This document shows, in pieces, positions 1 through 9,101 of a stretch of 64,000 nt of DNA. The DNA is from a virus (Duplodnaviria; Caudoviricetes). Below the pieces are notes generated by a model. That model did no database searches. It saw only the letters and a list, made by a program, of their open reading frames with translations, and was not told where the DNA came from. The stretch's first letter is position 1, and every line of letters begins with the position of its first letter. The stretch spans positions 1,331-65,330 of IMG/VR virus record IMGVR_UViG_3300018481_000021; one strand, written 5' to 3'. A program made the translations under genes and the position numbers.

Positions 1-2
1 TG

Positions 3-59
3 CGGGATCGACCTATCCCGTTGGCGGCTGAGATCAAACCATTTCGGAGGCATTGGTGA
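3..59 (+). CDS. C-terminal end of DNA polymerase family A (partial, continues from the gene at the window end)
   Basis: Frame reads RDRPIPLAAEIKPFRRHW*, resembling the PLxAE terminal motif of PolA enzymes; TGATG overlap with the next ORF. Confidence 0.6.
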   Translation, partial: RDRPIPLAAEIKPFRRHW

Positions 60-286
60 TGGAATACCAAATCAAAATCGGCGATGAAATGATATTGCCG
101 GGTTGGGTTGCAACGGTAACAGAGATCAAACACACACCGGATAGGTTAGATCCGATGGTGCATGGACTAATTACGCACGACGATGGTACGCGCGTAAGAT
201 ATTTTGCTAGGCATTTAGATGAAACCGTTACGTTGATAACGTTGCACACAGAACTTATCATGCAGATGATACGGGAGCATTGGTGA
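59..286 (+). CDS. hypothetical protein
   Basis: ATG overlaps upstream stop (TGATG) with GGAGG RBS at 46-50. Confidence 0.6.
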   Translation: MEYQIKIGDEMILPGWVATVTEIKHTPDRLDPMVHGLITHDDGTRVRYFARHLDETVTLITLHTELIMQMIREHW

Positions 287-319
287 TGACTAGGAATGAT
301 CCGATGACACTAGCGTCGC

Positions 320-1051
320 ATGGTATATCGCGAACAGGGAGTGGTGTTGATGGTGACGGATGAACAGGGCGAAGTCATGCAGTGGCCGAACGTACCATGG
401 TCGTACTCGGCCATCAGCAAGTTCGAACAGTGTGAGTTGAGCTATGGAGCCGTCAATGTTCAGAAGAAATGGCGAACCGAAGAAACCGAAGCCATGTCGT
501 CTGGCACGCTGGTACACCGACAGATGGAGGACTACGTTGCAGCAAAGAAAGAGCTACCTCTCATGCTTCAGCCATTGGGCCGAGCAGTGGATCGCCTCTG
601 CCAGGGTGCTAAGGCAGTTTATCCAGAGCGATCCGTCAACCTGACCTATCGGCTGGACCCCTGCGGTGTATTCCACGATGACTGTTGCTGGCGTGGGCGG
701 ATCGATCTGACCGTCATGCGCGCCGATGCAACGATCATCGTGGATTACAAGACCGGCCGGGAACCTCGGGATACGTTCGACCAGCTGGAGTTGTGCGCAT
801 TCGCGGCGATGGTGGAGCGGCCTGAGATCGAAGTCGTACACGCCATGTACGCCTATACCAAGCATGGCCTACGGCAGATGCCGACGTTCACCCGTGCCGA
901 CTTGCCGCGCGTGGTGCGTGAGTGGACGCCACGGCTGAAGCGGCTGCAAATAGCGCGTGCTGAAGCGCAATACCGTGCAACACCTGGGCCATGGTGTCGT
1001 TGGTGCCCCGTGTTGGATTGCCAGTTCAATCCGAAGGGGAACGGGCGATGA
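320..1051 (+). CDS. PD-(D/E)XK exonuclease (RecB/Cas4-like); start may be 377
   Basis: WSYSAISKFEQC, GTLVH, GRIDL, IVDYKTG, QLELC motifs and C-terminal CRWCPVLDC cysteine cluster. Confidence 0.85.
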   Translation: MVYREQGVVLMVTDEQGEVMQWPNVPWSYSAISKFEQCELSYGAVNVQKKWRTEETEAMSSGTLVHRQMEDYVAAKKELPLMLQPLGRAVDRLCQGAKAVYPERSVNLTYRLDPCGVFHDDCCWRGRIDLTVMRADATIIVDYKTGREPRDTFDQLELCAFAAMVERPEIEVVHAMYAYTKHGLRQMPTFTRADLPRVVREWTPRLKRLQIARAEAQYRATPGPWCRWCPVLDCQFNPKGNGR

Positions 1052-1374
1052 TCGAGAGGAGCCATTGGGCCATTAACGGGGAGGATGTAAGGGAACCCCT
1101 CCATTACCCCGACTGTGGCCTGGACAACATCTATCTTCTTAGCGGCTATGAGGTCGTTCAGACGGCTTATGGCGATGGTGTTGCCATTAAGAACCTTGAT
1201 GGTCTTAGAAGGGCCATTGGGTTCCAACTGGCGACCAGGAAGAAGCTGCTGCACGGCCAGGAAATCAGATTCCTCCGCAAGTTCTACGAGAACAGCAACC
1301 AATGCGTAGGCGCATGGGTTCCCAATGAATGGGAGCCTGCTGTATATCCAACATTAGATGTTGGATACAACTAA
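1048..1374 (+). CDS. YgiT/MqsA/HigA-like antitoxin or Xre regulator homolog, HTH truncated
   Basis: HYPDCGLDNIYLLSGY...LHGQEIRFLRK resembles the N-terminal part of this family; the HTH helices that normally follow are absent. Confidence 0.55.
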   Translation: MIERSHWAINGEDVREPLHYPDCGLDNIYLLSGYEVVQTAYGDGVAIKNLDGLRRAIGFQLATRKKLLHGQEIRFLRKFYENSNQCVGAWVPNEWEPAVYPTLDVGYN

Positions 1375-1375
1375 A

Positions 1376-1717
1376 ATGATCGAGAAAAACATTACCGATA
1401 AGATCAGCGCGCTGCTGCGCAGCTACAAGCCGGGTGTGCATTATTACCGGCCAGTACCTAGCCGCTACGGCGCGAGGTTCTTGGATTACATAGGTTCTGC
1501 CTATGGTTACGCTTTTGTTATCGAAGCTAAGCGGCCGAATAGAAAGCCGACTGAAGCACAATTTGAAAAGCTACGGGTCATGGAGGAAGCTGGAAGTGCT
1601 GTATTCATCATCAGTAATTTAGGAGATATCGCAGAATTGGGACAATGGTTGACATGGTGTCGCCAAACCTATCTCGGCCGACCGGACTGGTGGCCCAAGG
1701 TGGAGGATGCGAAATGA
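1376..1717 (+). CDS. VRR-NUC domain nuclease
   Basis: MIEKNI...LDYIG...FVIEAKRP...PTEAQ...EAGSAVFII pattern, upstream of SNF2 helicase. Confidence 0.85.
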   Translation: MIEKNITDKISALLRSYKPGVHYYRPVPSRYGARFLDYIGSAYGYAFVIEAKRPNRKPTEAQFEKLRVMEEAGSAVFIISNLGDIAELGQWLTWCRQTYLGRPDWWPKVEDAK

Positions 1718-3339
1718 ACGGCAAAACAATTGACCTGGGCAAGATTGCTGAGCCGTTTCTGGTCGAGCAATTGAATATGATACTTTTGCCGTTTAATTGC
1801 GAAGTAGAATTGCCAGATAACGCTAAGCTGGTAACACTACGCGGGCATGCATTCTATGCTGCGCCGAATACACCGCAACTAAGTTCCTTGCTATATTCTG
1901 CCGGCTATCCATTGTCGTCGCCAATTTATTTCGACGAAGATTATGATTGGTCGGATGTGCAGATATATGAAGCTCAGGCACAGATGGCTGGGCTACTGAC
2001 TTGCCGGCGACGGGCCTACAATCTGAGTGCGATGGGTACAGGCAAGACAATAGGTTCATTACTAGCGATTGATTGGCTGATTGAGCGTGGGCATATCGAG
2101 CAAGCGCTAATCGTTGCGCCGCTGACTATACTATGGACCGTATGGCAAGACGAGATCAGGAAACACTTTCCCAGGTTGCACCCGGTAATCTTGCACGGTG
2201 CCAAGGAAAAGCGGCTGAAGCTGTTGGCGATGAACAGTTGGAACGTGGCAATCATCAACCATGAGGGCGTGCAGGTCGTCCAACAACAATTGATGGATAA
2301 GCATTTCGGTATGGTGCTGATTGATGAAGCTGCGACGTATCGTGATGCGCAGACAGCGAAGTGGAAAGTCATGAAGAAGGTAGTCGAACAGGCTTCGTTC
2401 GTAAGCGCGTTGACCGGCTCACCTACTCCTAACGCACCCAGCGATGCGTATGGACTGGCTCGTTTAATTACACCTGAAAATTGCCCGCGCAGCTTCACGG
2501 CGTTCCGGCATTCTGTCGAGTACGAAATGTATCCAGGTCGTTGGATGCCGCGCAAGGATGCCGCCGAGAAAGTGGCCAAGCTGTTGCAACCTGCGGTACG
2601 TTTTAAACGCTCGGATATCATCGAGCTAAAAGACGTGTTCATGCAGACACAACGTGTCTTGTTGTCATCGGAACAAAGCAAGGCGCTAACAGAATTGAAA
2701 AAGGAAAGTATGGTTCGCTTTCCCGAAGGAATAGTTGATGCTATGAACGCAGCGGTCATGGTCGGTAAGGCGTTGCAAATCTGTGCCGGTGCAGTTTACA
2801 CCAGCGATAAGAACGTGGTCCACCTGCACCCGCAACATCGAATTGAAACCACTGAGACCATCATCGATAGCGCCGAAGGTAAAGTAATCGTGCTTGCTCC
2901 ATTTCTGCACGTCACCGCGATGCTGGCCGAGAGGCTGAGACAAAGTTATAAGATCGCCGTGGTAACGGGTGCAGTAGCAACAAAAGATCGATCATCAATC
3001 TTCCGACGTTTTCAAGATAAGCAAAATCCTTTGCGGGTATTGGTGGCGCACCCACGGGTGTTGGCGCATGGGCTCAACCTCACAACGGCCAACGTTATTG
3101 TTTGGTTTAGTCCATTGTACAGCAGAGAAATATACGAGCAAGCAAATGCACGAATTACGCGTCTCGGACAGTCCCGCGAACAGTTTATTATTCATCTTTC
3201 TGCTGGTGCTGACGAGGATGCCGTGTACAAAGCATTAGAAACAAAAGGAAAAGTGCAGAATGTTATATTGGATATGTTTGGTCTAAAAATGGAGAATACA
3301 AATACTAGGAATATTAACCCCTTGATAGGACTGGAATGA
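1714..3339 (+). CDS. SNF2-family DNA helicase
   Basis: MGTGKT, LIVAP, LIDEA, LTGSP, AHGLNL, QANARITRLGQ motifs; GGAGG RBS upstream of 1714. Confidence 0.93.
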   Translation: MNGKTIDLGKIAEPFLVEQLNMILLPFNCEVELPDNAKLVTLRGHAFYAAPNTPQLSSLLYSAGYPLSSPIYFDEDYDWSDVQIYEAQAQMAGLLTCRRRAYNLSAMGTGKTIGSLLAIDWLIERGHIEQALIVAPLTILWTVWQDEIRKHFPRLHPVILHGAKEKRLKLLAMNSWNVAIINHEGVQVVQQQLMDKHFGMVLIDEAATYRDAQTAKWKVMKKVVEQASFVSALTGSPTPNAPSDAYGLARLITPENCPRSFTAFRHSVEYEMYPGRWMPRKDAAEKVAKLLQPAVRFKRSDIIELKDVFMQTQRVLLSSEQSKALTELKKESMVRFPEGIVDAMNAAVMVGKALQICAGAVYTSDKNVVHLHPQHRIETTETIIDSAEGKVIVLAPFLHVTAMLAERLRQSYKIAVVTGAVATKDRSSIFRRFQDKQNPLRVLVAHPRVLAHGLNLTTANVIVWFSPLYSREIYEQANARITRLGQSREQFIIHLSAGADEDAVYKALETKGKVQNVILDMFGLKMENTNTRNINPLIGLE

Positions 3340-3350
3340 TGTGCTATATT
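3322..3350 (+). promoter_or_regulatory. sigma70-like promoter
   Basis: TTGATA-17-TATATT upstream of ORF 3386. Confidence 0.5.
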
Positions 3351-3385
3351 TGTGACACTACCCTGAACCTAAAAGGACCTAACCA

Positions 3386-3823
3386 ATGACACCCGAACTG
3401 TTCAAGAAATTCAGCAAGCTACCCGCTGGCGAACTGACCAGCATGTATGTCGCGCTACGCGACGAGCGCGACCAGTTGAACCGGCAAAAGAAGTACAAAC
3501 AGAAGCTAATGGATCAGTTGGCGGTGATCCTACAACAAAAGTTGGATGAAGCTCAGGTGCAGTCGTTCCGGGCGTTGAGCAACGGCAAGACGGTGTATCG
3601 CTACGAACTAATTACGGCGCTGGTTGAGGACCGCGACGCATTGATTGCGTTCGTCAAGGAACACGACGCGTTTGATTTGTTAGAGACAAGGGCGAGCAAG
3701 GCAGCTTGCCAGATTTATGCGACCACGCCGACTGGTGAGCTGGACGACGAAGGAAATCCAATCTTGCAAGGTTTACCTCCCGGCGTGCGCTTGGATACGC
3801 ATGTCAAGCTAGGTGTGCAGTGA
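3386..3823 (+). CDS. conserved phage replication-module protein
   Basis: Coiled-coil N-terminus, DAFDLLETR and LPPGV motifs; lies between helicase and SSB-like gene. Confidence 0.65.
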   Translation: MTPELFKKFSKLPAGELTSMYVALRDERDQLNRQKKYKQKLMDQLAVILQQKLDEAQVQSFRALSNGKTVYRYELITALVEDRDALIAFVKEHDAFDLLETRASKAACQIYATTPTGELDDEGNPILQGLPPGVRLDTHVKLGVQ

Positions 3824-3873
3824 ACCATCCAACAATGATTGTTGGATATAGCACAACAACAGGAGAAGCTACA

Positions 3874-5055
3874 ATGACCTCTGAACTGACCACCACCCGC
3901 AGGCAGTTGCCGGATTACCTGCGTCCCTTCAAGGCCAAGACCAGCGAGTACGATGTCGCTGGTGGGGCACCAATCGGCCGGTTGTCATTGGAAGGCAAGG
4001 TGTTCACGGCCTTGTATCGTGATCAGGAGCAAATCCTGAAAACGGCCAAGGGCCATGCCATTCCGATGTTTGATGTGGTAATCGTTGGCGCTAACCCGGC
4101 GACGACTAAGACATATTACGCTAGTACCTATACCAAGGCGGCGAAGTCGGCACGGCCCGACTGTGCTTCGGCCGATGGCGTCGCACCCGATGCTGGTGTG
4201 CCAAATCGACAAGCTTTGAAGTGCAATGAATGTCAGCATAACAAGTGGGGTACGGCTATAGGTGGTACGGGGGGTAAGCGGTGTCAAGATAACAAGCGCA
4301 TGGCTGTCGTACCCGAGGGTAATCTGGACAATCTCGAATGGGGTGGGCCGATGCTCCTACGGATGCCGCCCGCCAGCTTCAAGAACTTCGTGCCATATAA
4401 GCTTAGCCTGGAACGCGATGGCATCGATCCGCACATGGTTGTGACGCGGCTTAGCTTCGTAGCTGAGACGGGTCATCCCGAACTTGATTTCGAGTTTCAA
4501 CGTTTCCTCGAACCGGGTGAAGCACAGCGCATTGCCGAGTGGCGTGAAGCTGACGCCGAGGGCCACATTCAGAACGAGCATCTACTGCGAGTGCTGCGGG
4601 CGAGCCAAGTTGAGTTGTCCGAAGGCGAACATGAAATCGAAGATACTAAGCCAGAACCGGCTGCGGCCATCACGCCGACCGATAAGGTTGCCGCAGCGAA
4701 GATCGTCGCCAGGACTGGTAAGCCCAATGGCGAGGCTGTAACGAAACCCGTTGCAGTATTTCGCAAGCCCGAGCCTCCTGCACCAGCACCAGCACCAGCA
4801 CCAGCACCAGCGCCAGTACCAACACCCGTTGTTGCTAAAAGCCCAACGCCAGAAGAGGCCAAGAGGGCACGGCTCGCAACGCTACTGGCTGAAGCCGAAG
4901 CTTTGGACGCCGAGCTTAATCCAGAAGAAAACGTTGAGCTTCCTGCCATGAGCACCGAAGCTGCTACAGATGATACGCCGACTAACGACGACGAGCTTAG
5001 TTCAATCGATTTGCTGAACGAGCTTACCCAGGAACTGGGTCGCATCCCTGACTAA
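3874..5055 (+). CDS. putative ssDNA-binding/annealing protein with Zn-binding Cys cluster and acidic tail
   Basis: AGGAG RBS; PDC..DG..PD, CNEC, GKRC motifs, LLRMPPASFKN; Pro/Ala linker and acidic C-terminus. Confidence 0.65.
   Translation: MTSELTTTRRQLPDYLRPFKAKTSEYDVAGGAPIGRLSLEGKVFTALYRDQEQILKTAKGHAIPMFDVVIVGANPATTKTYYASTYTKAAKSARPDCASADGVAPDAGVPNRQALKCNECQHNKWGTAIGGTGGKRCQDNKRMAVVPEGNLDNLEWGGPMLLRMPPASFKNFVPYKLSLERDGIDPHMVVTRLSFVAETGHPELDFEFQRFLEPGEAQRIAEWREADAEGHIQNEHLLRVLRASQVELSEGEHEIEDTKPEPAAAITPTDKVAAAKIVARTGKPNGEAVTKPVAVFRKPEPPAPAPAPAPAPAPVPTPVVAKSPTPEEAKRARLATLLAEAEALDAELNPEENVELPAMSTEAATDDTPTNDDELSSIDLLNELTQELGRIPD
4780..4815 (+). repeat. (GCACCA)n microsatellite encoding a PA linker
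   Basis: Tandem GCACCA units. Confidence 0.85.
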
Positions 5056-5086
5056 TCCAACAACTTTTGTTGGATATCCCTGACAA

Positions 5087-5120
5087 ACCACCCAGCCTTG
5101 ATGCGCAGGGGCTGGGTGGT
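5087..5120 (+). terminator. intergenic hairpin after SSB-like gene
   Basis: ACCACCCAGCC...GGCTGGGTGGT inverted repeat; no clear U-tract. Confidence 0.4.
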
Positions 5121-5141
5121 AAATCTCCAAGGACAAGTTGA

Positions 5142-7952
5142 ATGTCCCTCACGGCGCTACTGCACGACGACGGTGAGCCTATCATCGTTTCAGGATCAGA
5201 GAAGCTAAGCAATGGCGATACCAAGTGGTGGAACCAATATGCCCAAGACAGAACTAAAGCCGACCGTTTCGGCATTAATATTCAACGCAATGCCTATTGC
5301 CGCCACGGTATCCACGATGGAACCATCCGGGATGCCGATAATCGTCCAGACTGTCGAGTTAAACATTTCACAGGTTCACGAACTTTCTTTATTGACATCG
5401 ATGCTGGAACCGGACACAAATCCCCGCAATACCAAACCCTGAATGAAGCTGTTGTAGCATTCAAGTCAGCTATTATGGAACTCTGCCAACTCGGCCTGCC
5501 GCGACCCAACCTGATCCAGTTCACTGGCGGTGGGCTGCAAGCTGCATGGGTAACTGACACAGTTTACCCACAGGCCGAGTGGTCGCAATTGATGCGAATA
5601 CTTTTTCTGCTGTTGAAAAAGTTTCGCTTAGAGTTGGATGCCAACTTAACCTCAATTGATCGCGGCATTCGCTATTGCGGTGAAGGCTATGTCAATGTTA
5701 ATTACGGCGATCCTAAGCCAACCAAGATTATCCATATCGACAACCGAATTAATGGTAACGTTTTCCAAAATGTACTCAAGCAGCACGGACAAATTCGCGT
5801 CGTACCAGCAAAGAAACAGAAGTCTGAATACGATATTGAGGGATTTGAATTTCAATTTGATATTACAGCAATCGCAGATGAATGTAAAGTGGTGCAGGAA
5901 GCAGTCAACACAGGGGGTAAGGATCATGATCGACGGCATTGGATCAACTTAGTTTCGCTTGCGGCTAAGAATCACGATGAAACGTTTGGGCGAAGCGCTG
6001 CGCATGCTGTATCGTCGCAACATCCTGACTACGATGCTGACGAGGTTGATGGTAAGTTTGATGAGTTTCGCAACAGTGAAATCAAGGGTTATATTACATG
6101 CGAAAAGCTAGGATTAGAGCATCGGTCATTATGTCAAAGCTGCGCGTACTATCAGAAAATTATCAGCCCCGCTAAGATTCAGGGTTTACTACGCAGTAAG
6201 GCCACAGCCATAGAACCACATCAATTCAACGGAGCTATCATCGATAGCTTGTATTTCAATTCAGAGCAGGGTATTCGCAGGCTACGGCTAGGTACAGAAA
6301 CTGCTGACCCGATGGTATGGACTGGAGTACGGATCGACGCCATCCAACTAGAATTGTTGGACGGAGACAGCAAGCAAGAATACCTTGCCTTTGAATGCGG
6401 AGCCAGTGATAGGGCTAACCATAATCGACGTATTTCGGTAGATATCAAGCGACTGCAATCCGTCACTTCTATGGCGACGGCGCTAGGCGAGAACAGCGTA
6501 ATTATCGGGCACGACCAACAAAAAGGGATGCAGAAGGCTATGGTTAGTTGGGTCGAGAAGCTACGAAAAGATGCAACGCGGACAATCAGATACACCCGTC
6601 TTGGTTGGACTGAAAGCCGTGATGGTTTCGTACTAGGTGAATGGTTGTATCGCCGCGATGGTGAGCGCGAACCAATTCAAGACACCCTCAGTAATCTGCG
6701 CAATCACAATACTCATGGCAGCTCTGGTTATTACGACGAACTAATTAATAACATTATTAGTAATGAGCATCGACCCGACGCACACGCGTTAATAGCCGCA
6801 GCTTTTTCATCTGTACTGCTAGAAATCATCGGTGCGTCGGGCATCGCACTGAATTTCTATTCAATCCGATCAGGTTTCGGCAAAACAACATTGTCAAATT
6901 TAGCGGCATCGATTTGGGGCAATCCGCGTGACTTGATGTTTACTTTGAATGATACCGAGAACAGTGTAATTCGTCGCATTGCGATACTCAATAATATCGC
7001 TGCGTTCTACGATGAACTACAGATTACCCCCGACAACGCACGGGCGGTAATCAACTTGATTTTTCGCCTAAACTCGAACATGGAGAAGTCACGCCTCGAT
7101 GGTAGCAGCCGAGTACAGGAACGCGGTGACTGGCGAACGCCAATGATTTTCACCACCAATTATTCCTTCATTGATCTGATCCGCAAGAACCGTAGTGGGC
7201 GCGGTGGCGATGCAGGATTGGCGCGGGTAATGGACTTCGTGTTGTCACCACTACCAGATAATGCCCGCGACCACATGGCGGAAGTGGCTATGGTATTGCC
7301 AAAGTTGCATGAGAACAATGGCTGGCCCGGTCACAAATTTGTACCTTATGTAGTCGCTAATCAAGACAACATTGAAAAGAGATTAACTCAAACGATAAAT
7401 TTGTTGGTGCGACTAACCCAGCAACAAGACAATAGCGTATTCAGCCGCAATCAAATATTCATCGGCGCAACCATGTTGGTCGCAGCCAGAATCGTCAACG
7501 TCAATAATATTTTTCCCATTGATGAACGCAAAGTATTGACGGCCTTGGTTGCTGCCATTGGTAGCGTGAAAACAACTAAGCAAGAGCTAGTCGTTGCTAA
7601 TGACCCGTTGAATGTAGTCAGAGATTATATGGTAGCTATGGAAAAGCATCGAGTTACTACTATTGCCGCAAACGGCAAGATAGAGATAGACATGCATCGG
7701 ATGCAACCGGTCAAACCTTGGGCCTACGAGGTTAAAATATATGATAAAACAATTATGCTACCAGTGCTTGGCTTTATCGAGTGGTTACGACAACAGGAAT
7801 ACCCTTACGGCAATTCGATACTGGAAGTGCTACGACAGACCTACAAGCCACAGTCGCGACGGCTGTGTGAGAACGTGCCCAGGATGTCGGGACCGTACCA
7901 GGAAATCATCGTGTTGCCCGCAGTTGGCGCTCTGAAAGGATTTTTCGATTGA
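5142..7952 (+). CDS. DNA primase-helicase (prim-pol N-terminus, DUF927-like helicase)
   Basis: FFIDID and TGGGLQAAW prim-pol motifs, ITCE...CQSC Zn site, LGW motif, Walker A SGFGKTT, FYDE Walker B. Confidence 0.85.
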   Translation: MSLTALLHDDGEPIIVSGSEKLSNGDTKWWNQYAQDRTKADRFGINIQRNAYCRHGIHDGTIRDADNRPDCRVKHFTGSRTFFIDIDAGTGHKSPQYQTLNEAVVAFKSAIMELCQLGLPRPNLIQFTGGGLQAAWVTDTVYPQAEWSQLMRILFLLLKKFRLELDANLTSIDRGIRYCGEGYVNVNYGDPKPTKIIHIDNRINGNVFQNVLKQHGQIRVVPAKKQKSEYDIEGFEFQFDITAIADECKVVQEAVNTGGKDHDRRHWINLVSLAAKNHDETFGRSAAHAVSSQHPDYDADEVDGKFDEFRNSEIKGYITCEKLGLEHRSLCQSCAYYQKIISPAKIQGLLRSKATAIEPHQFNGAIIDSLYFNSEQGIRRLRLGTETADPMVWTGVRIDAIQLELLDGDSKQEYLAFECGASDRANHNRRISVDIKRLQSVTSMATALGENSVIIGHDQQKGMQKAMVSWVEKLRKDATRTIRYTRLGWTESRDGFVLGEWLYRRDGEREPIQDTLSNLRNHNTHGSSGYYDELINNIISNEHRPDAHALIAAAFSSVLLEIIGASGIALNFYSIRSGFGKTTLSNLAASIWGNPRDLMFTLNDTENSVIRRIAILNNIAAFYDELQITPDNARAVINLIFRLNSNMEKSRLDGSSRVQERGDWRTPMIFTTNYSFIDLIRKNRSGRGGDAGLARVMDFVLSPLPDNARDHMAEVAMVLPKLHENNGWPGHKFVPYVVANQDNIEKRLTQTINLLVRLTQQQDNSVFSRNQIFIGATMLVAARIVNVNNIFPIDERKVLTALVAAIGSVKTTKQELVVANDPLNVVRDYMVAMEKHRVTTIAANGKIEIDMHRMQPVKPWAYEVKIYDKTIMLPVLGFIEWLRQQEYPYGNSILEVLRQTYKPQSRRLCENVPRMSGPYQEIIVLPAVGALKGFFD

Positions 7953-8506
7953 ACTACTGTCAAGACGTAGGCAAGCCTTGCACCCTCTGCTGTCGCATCA
8001 TGGGTGTAGCTGAAATACGCAAGCCGCGTATGCAGTGGTGCGAGCACTGCAACATAGGTAAGGGTTGCCGCATCTACGACTATCGTCCGTCATCATGCAA
8101 TGAGTTTCAATGCATAGCAAAACAAATGTATGATGACGGTAAGGATGTTCCGCTAGGCTTGAAGCCATCCGCATGCGGAGCTGTGCTACATGGTACGAAA
8201 GATGGTGAGCACTTAGTCGTTGATTTGAACGATGGGGCTGATTGGCGCGTAGGTGAACTAGGTAAAATTATTTATAAAATGAGCCGGAAAAATTCCGTAC
8301 TGATCCGTACTCGTTCGCGCATGATTGTTGTCAAGAATAATACAGTGCTGGCTGACTACGTGGATGAGCGCTTAATGCACGGCAAAGAAGAGATAGAAGT
8401 TGAGTTACCAGAGCCAGACCTTCCAACAACTAATGTTGGATCAGGCTATAGCCCCGCTGCGGGTACGGCGGTACGAGCGGTTCTTCGAGGCCGGCTTAAG
8501 GCGTAA
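7949..8506 (+). CDS. YkgJ-like CxxCC cysteine-cluster protein
   Basis: CTLCC...WCEHC...GCRIYDYRPSSCNEFQC. Confidence 0.75.
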   Translation: MNYCQDVGKPCTLCCRIMGVAEIRKPRMQWCEHCNIGKGCRIYDYRPSSCNEFQCIAKQMYDDGKDVPLGLKPSACGAVLHGTKDGEHLVVDLNDGADWRVGELGKIIYKMSRKNSVLIRTRSRMIVVKNNTVLADYVDERLMHGKEEIEVELPEPDLPTTNVGSGYSPAAGTAVRAVLRGRLKA

Positions 8507-8704
8507 GTTGCTACGGCCAGTGCCCCCACCTTTGGATAGAGGAACAACATGATCAACATCCATACCAGCAGGAATATTATTCTTACCATTTTCCTTTTCG
8601 AGTATGCGGCGAGCTTTATTCCGTTTGGCACGCGCCTTCTTGCGTGCGGGGGTTCCGTCACTTTGCTTATACTCAGCCTTGTAGTCGCGTGGATTGCGAG
8701 GCAT
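8441..8704 (-). CDS. small HNH endonuclease
   Basis: DVDHVVPLSKGG...SNLRL...N motif, basic protein. Confidence 0.85.
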   Translation of the reverse strand: MPRNPRDYKAEYKQSDGTPARKKARAKRNKARRILEKENGKNNIPAGMDVDHVVPLSKGGGTGRSNLRLKPASKNRSYRRTRSGAIA

Positions 8705-8818
8705 CTACATTTCCTTTGGTCATAAGTTTCCTCTTGACTTAGCAAGTTCCCCATGCTATAGTTAAGAGGAAGGCTGGGGTTGGGAACTGTCTCCAATCCC
8801 GGGGTTCAGGGTGAGACT

Positions 8819-8858
8819 AGGGGGCTAGGTGTGTCATTCCGCCTAGCCCCTCTTTTTT
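8819..8858 (+). terminator. rho-independent terminator at convergent junction
   Basis: AGGGGCTAGG...CCTAGCCCCT stem followed by CTTTTTT. Confidence 0.7.
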
Positions 8859-8874
8859 CACCTGAACCAGTATA

Positions 8875-9045
8875 CTACGGATGTTCTTTAGGCTTTTTCT
8901 TTCCCTTAGCGAAGTGACGCAAACTACTTTCAGGCATCTGCGCCATCTTGGCCGAGGGCGTACCCGGTTTGGCCTTCTTCTTACCACGCTTGACAGCCAT
9001 GGCAACACCGGCTGCCTTCTGCTGTTGGTACGATTTCGCTGGCAT
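8875..9045 (-). CDS. small basic DUF3008-like protein
   Basis: MPAKSYQQQKAAGVAMAVKRG...M.ESSLRHFA pattern. Confidence 0.7.
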   Translation of the reverse strand: MPAKSYQQQKAAGVAMAVKRGKKKAKPGTPSAKMAQMPESSLRHFAKGKKKPKEHP

Positions 9046-9101
9046 GATCCCTACTCTCGTTCCCTGATGGGCGAACCCATGAGGTTGGTTGATGGTGTTC
9101 A

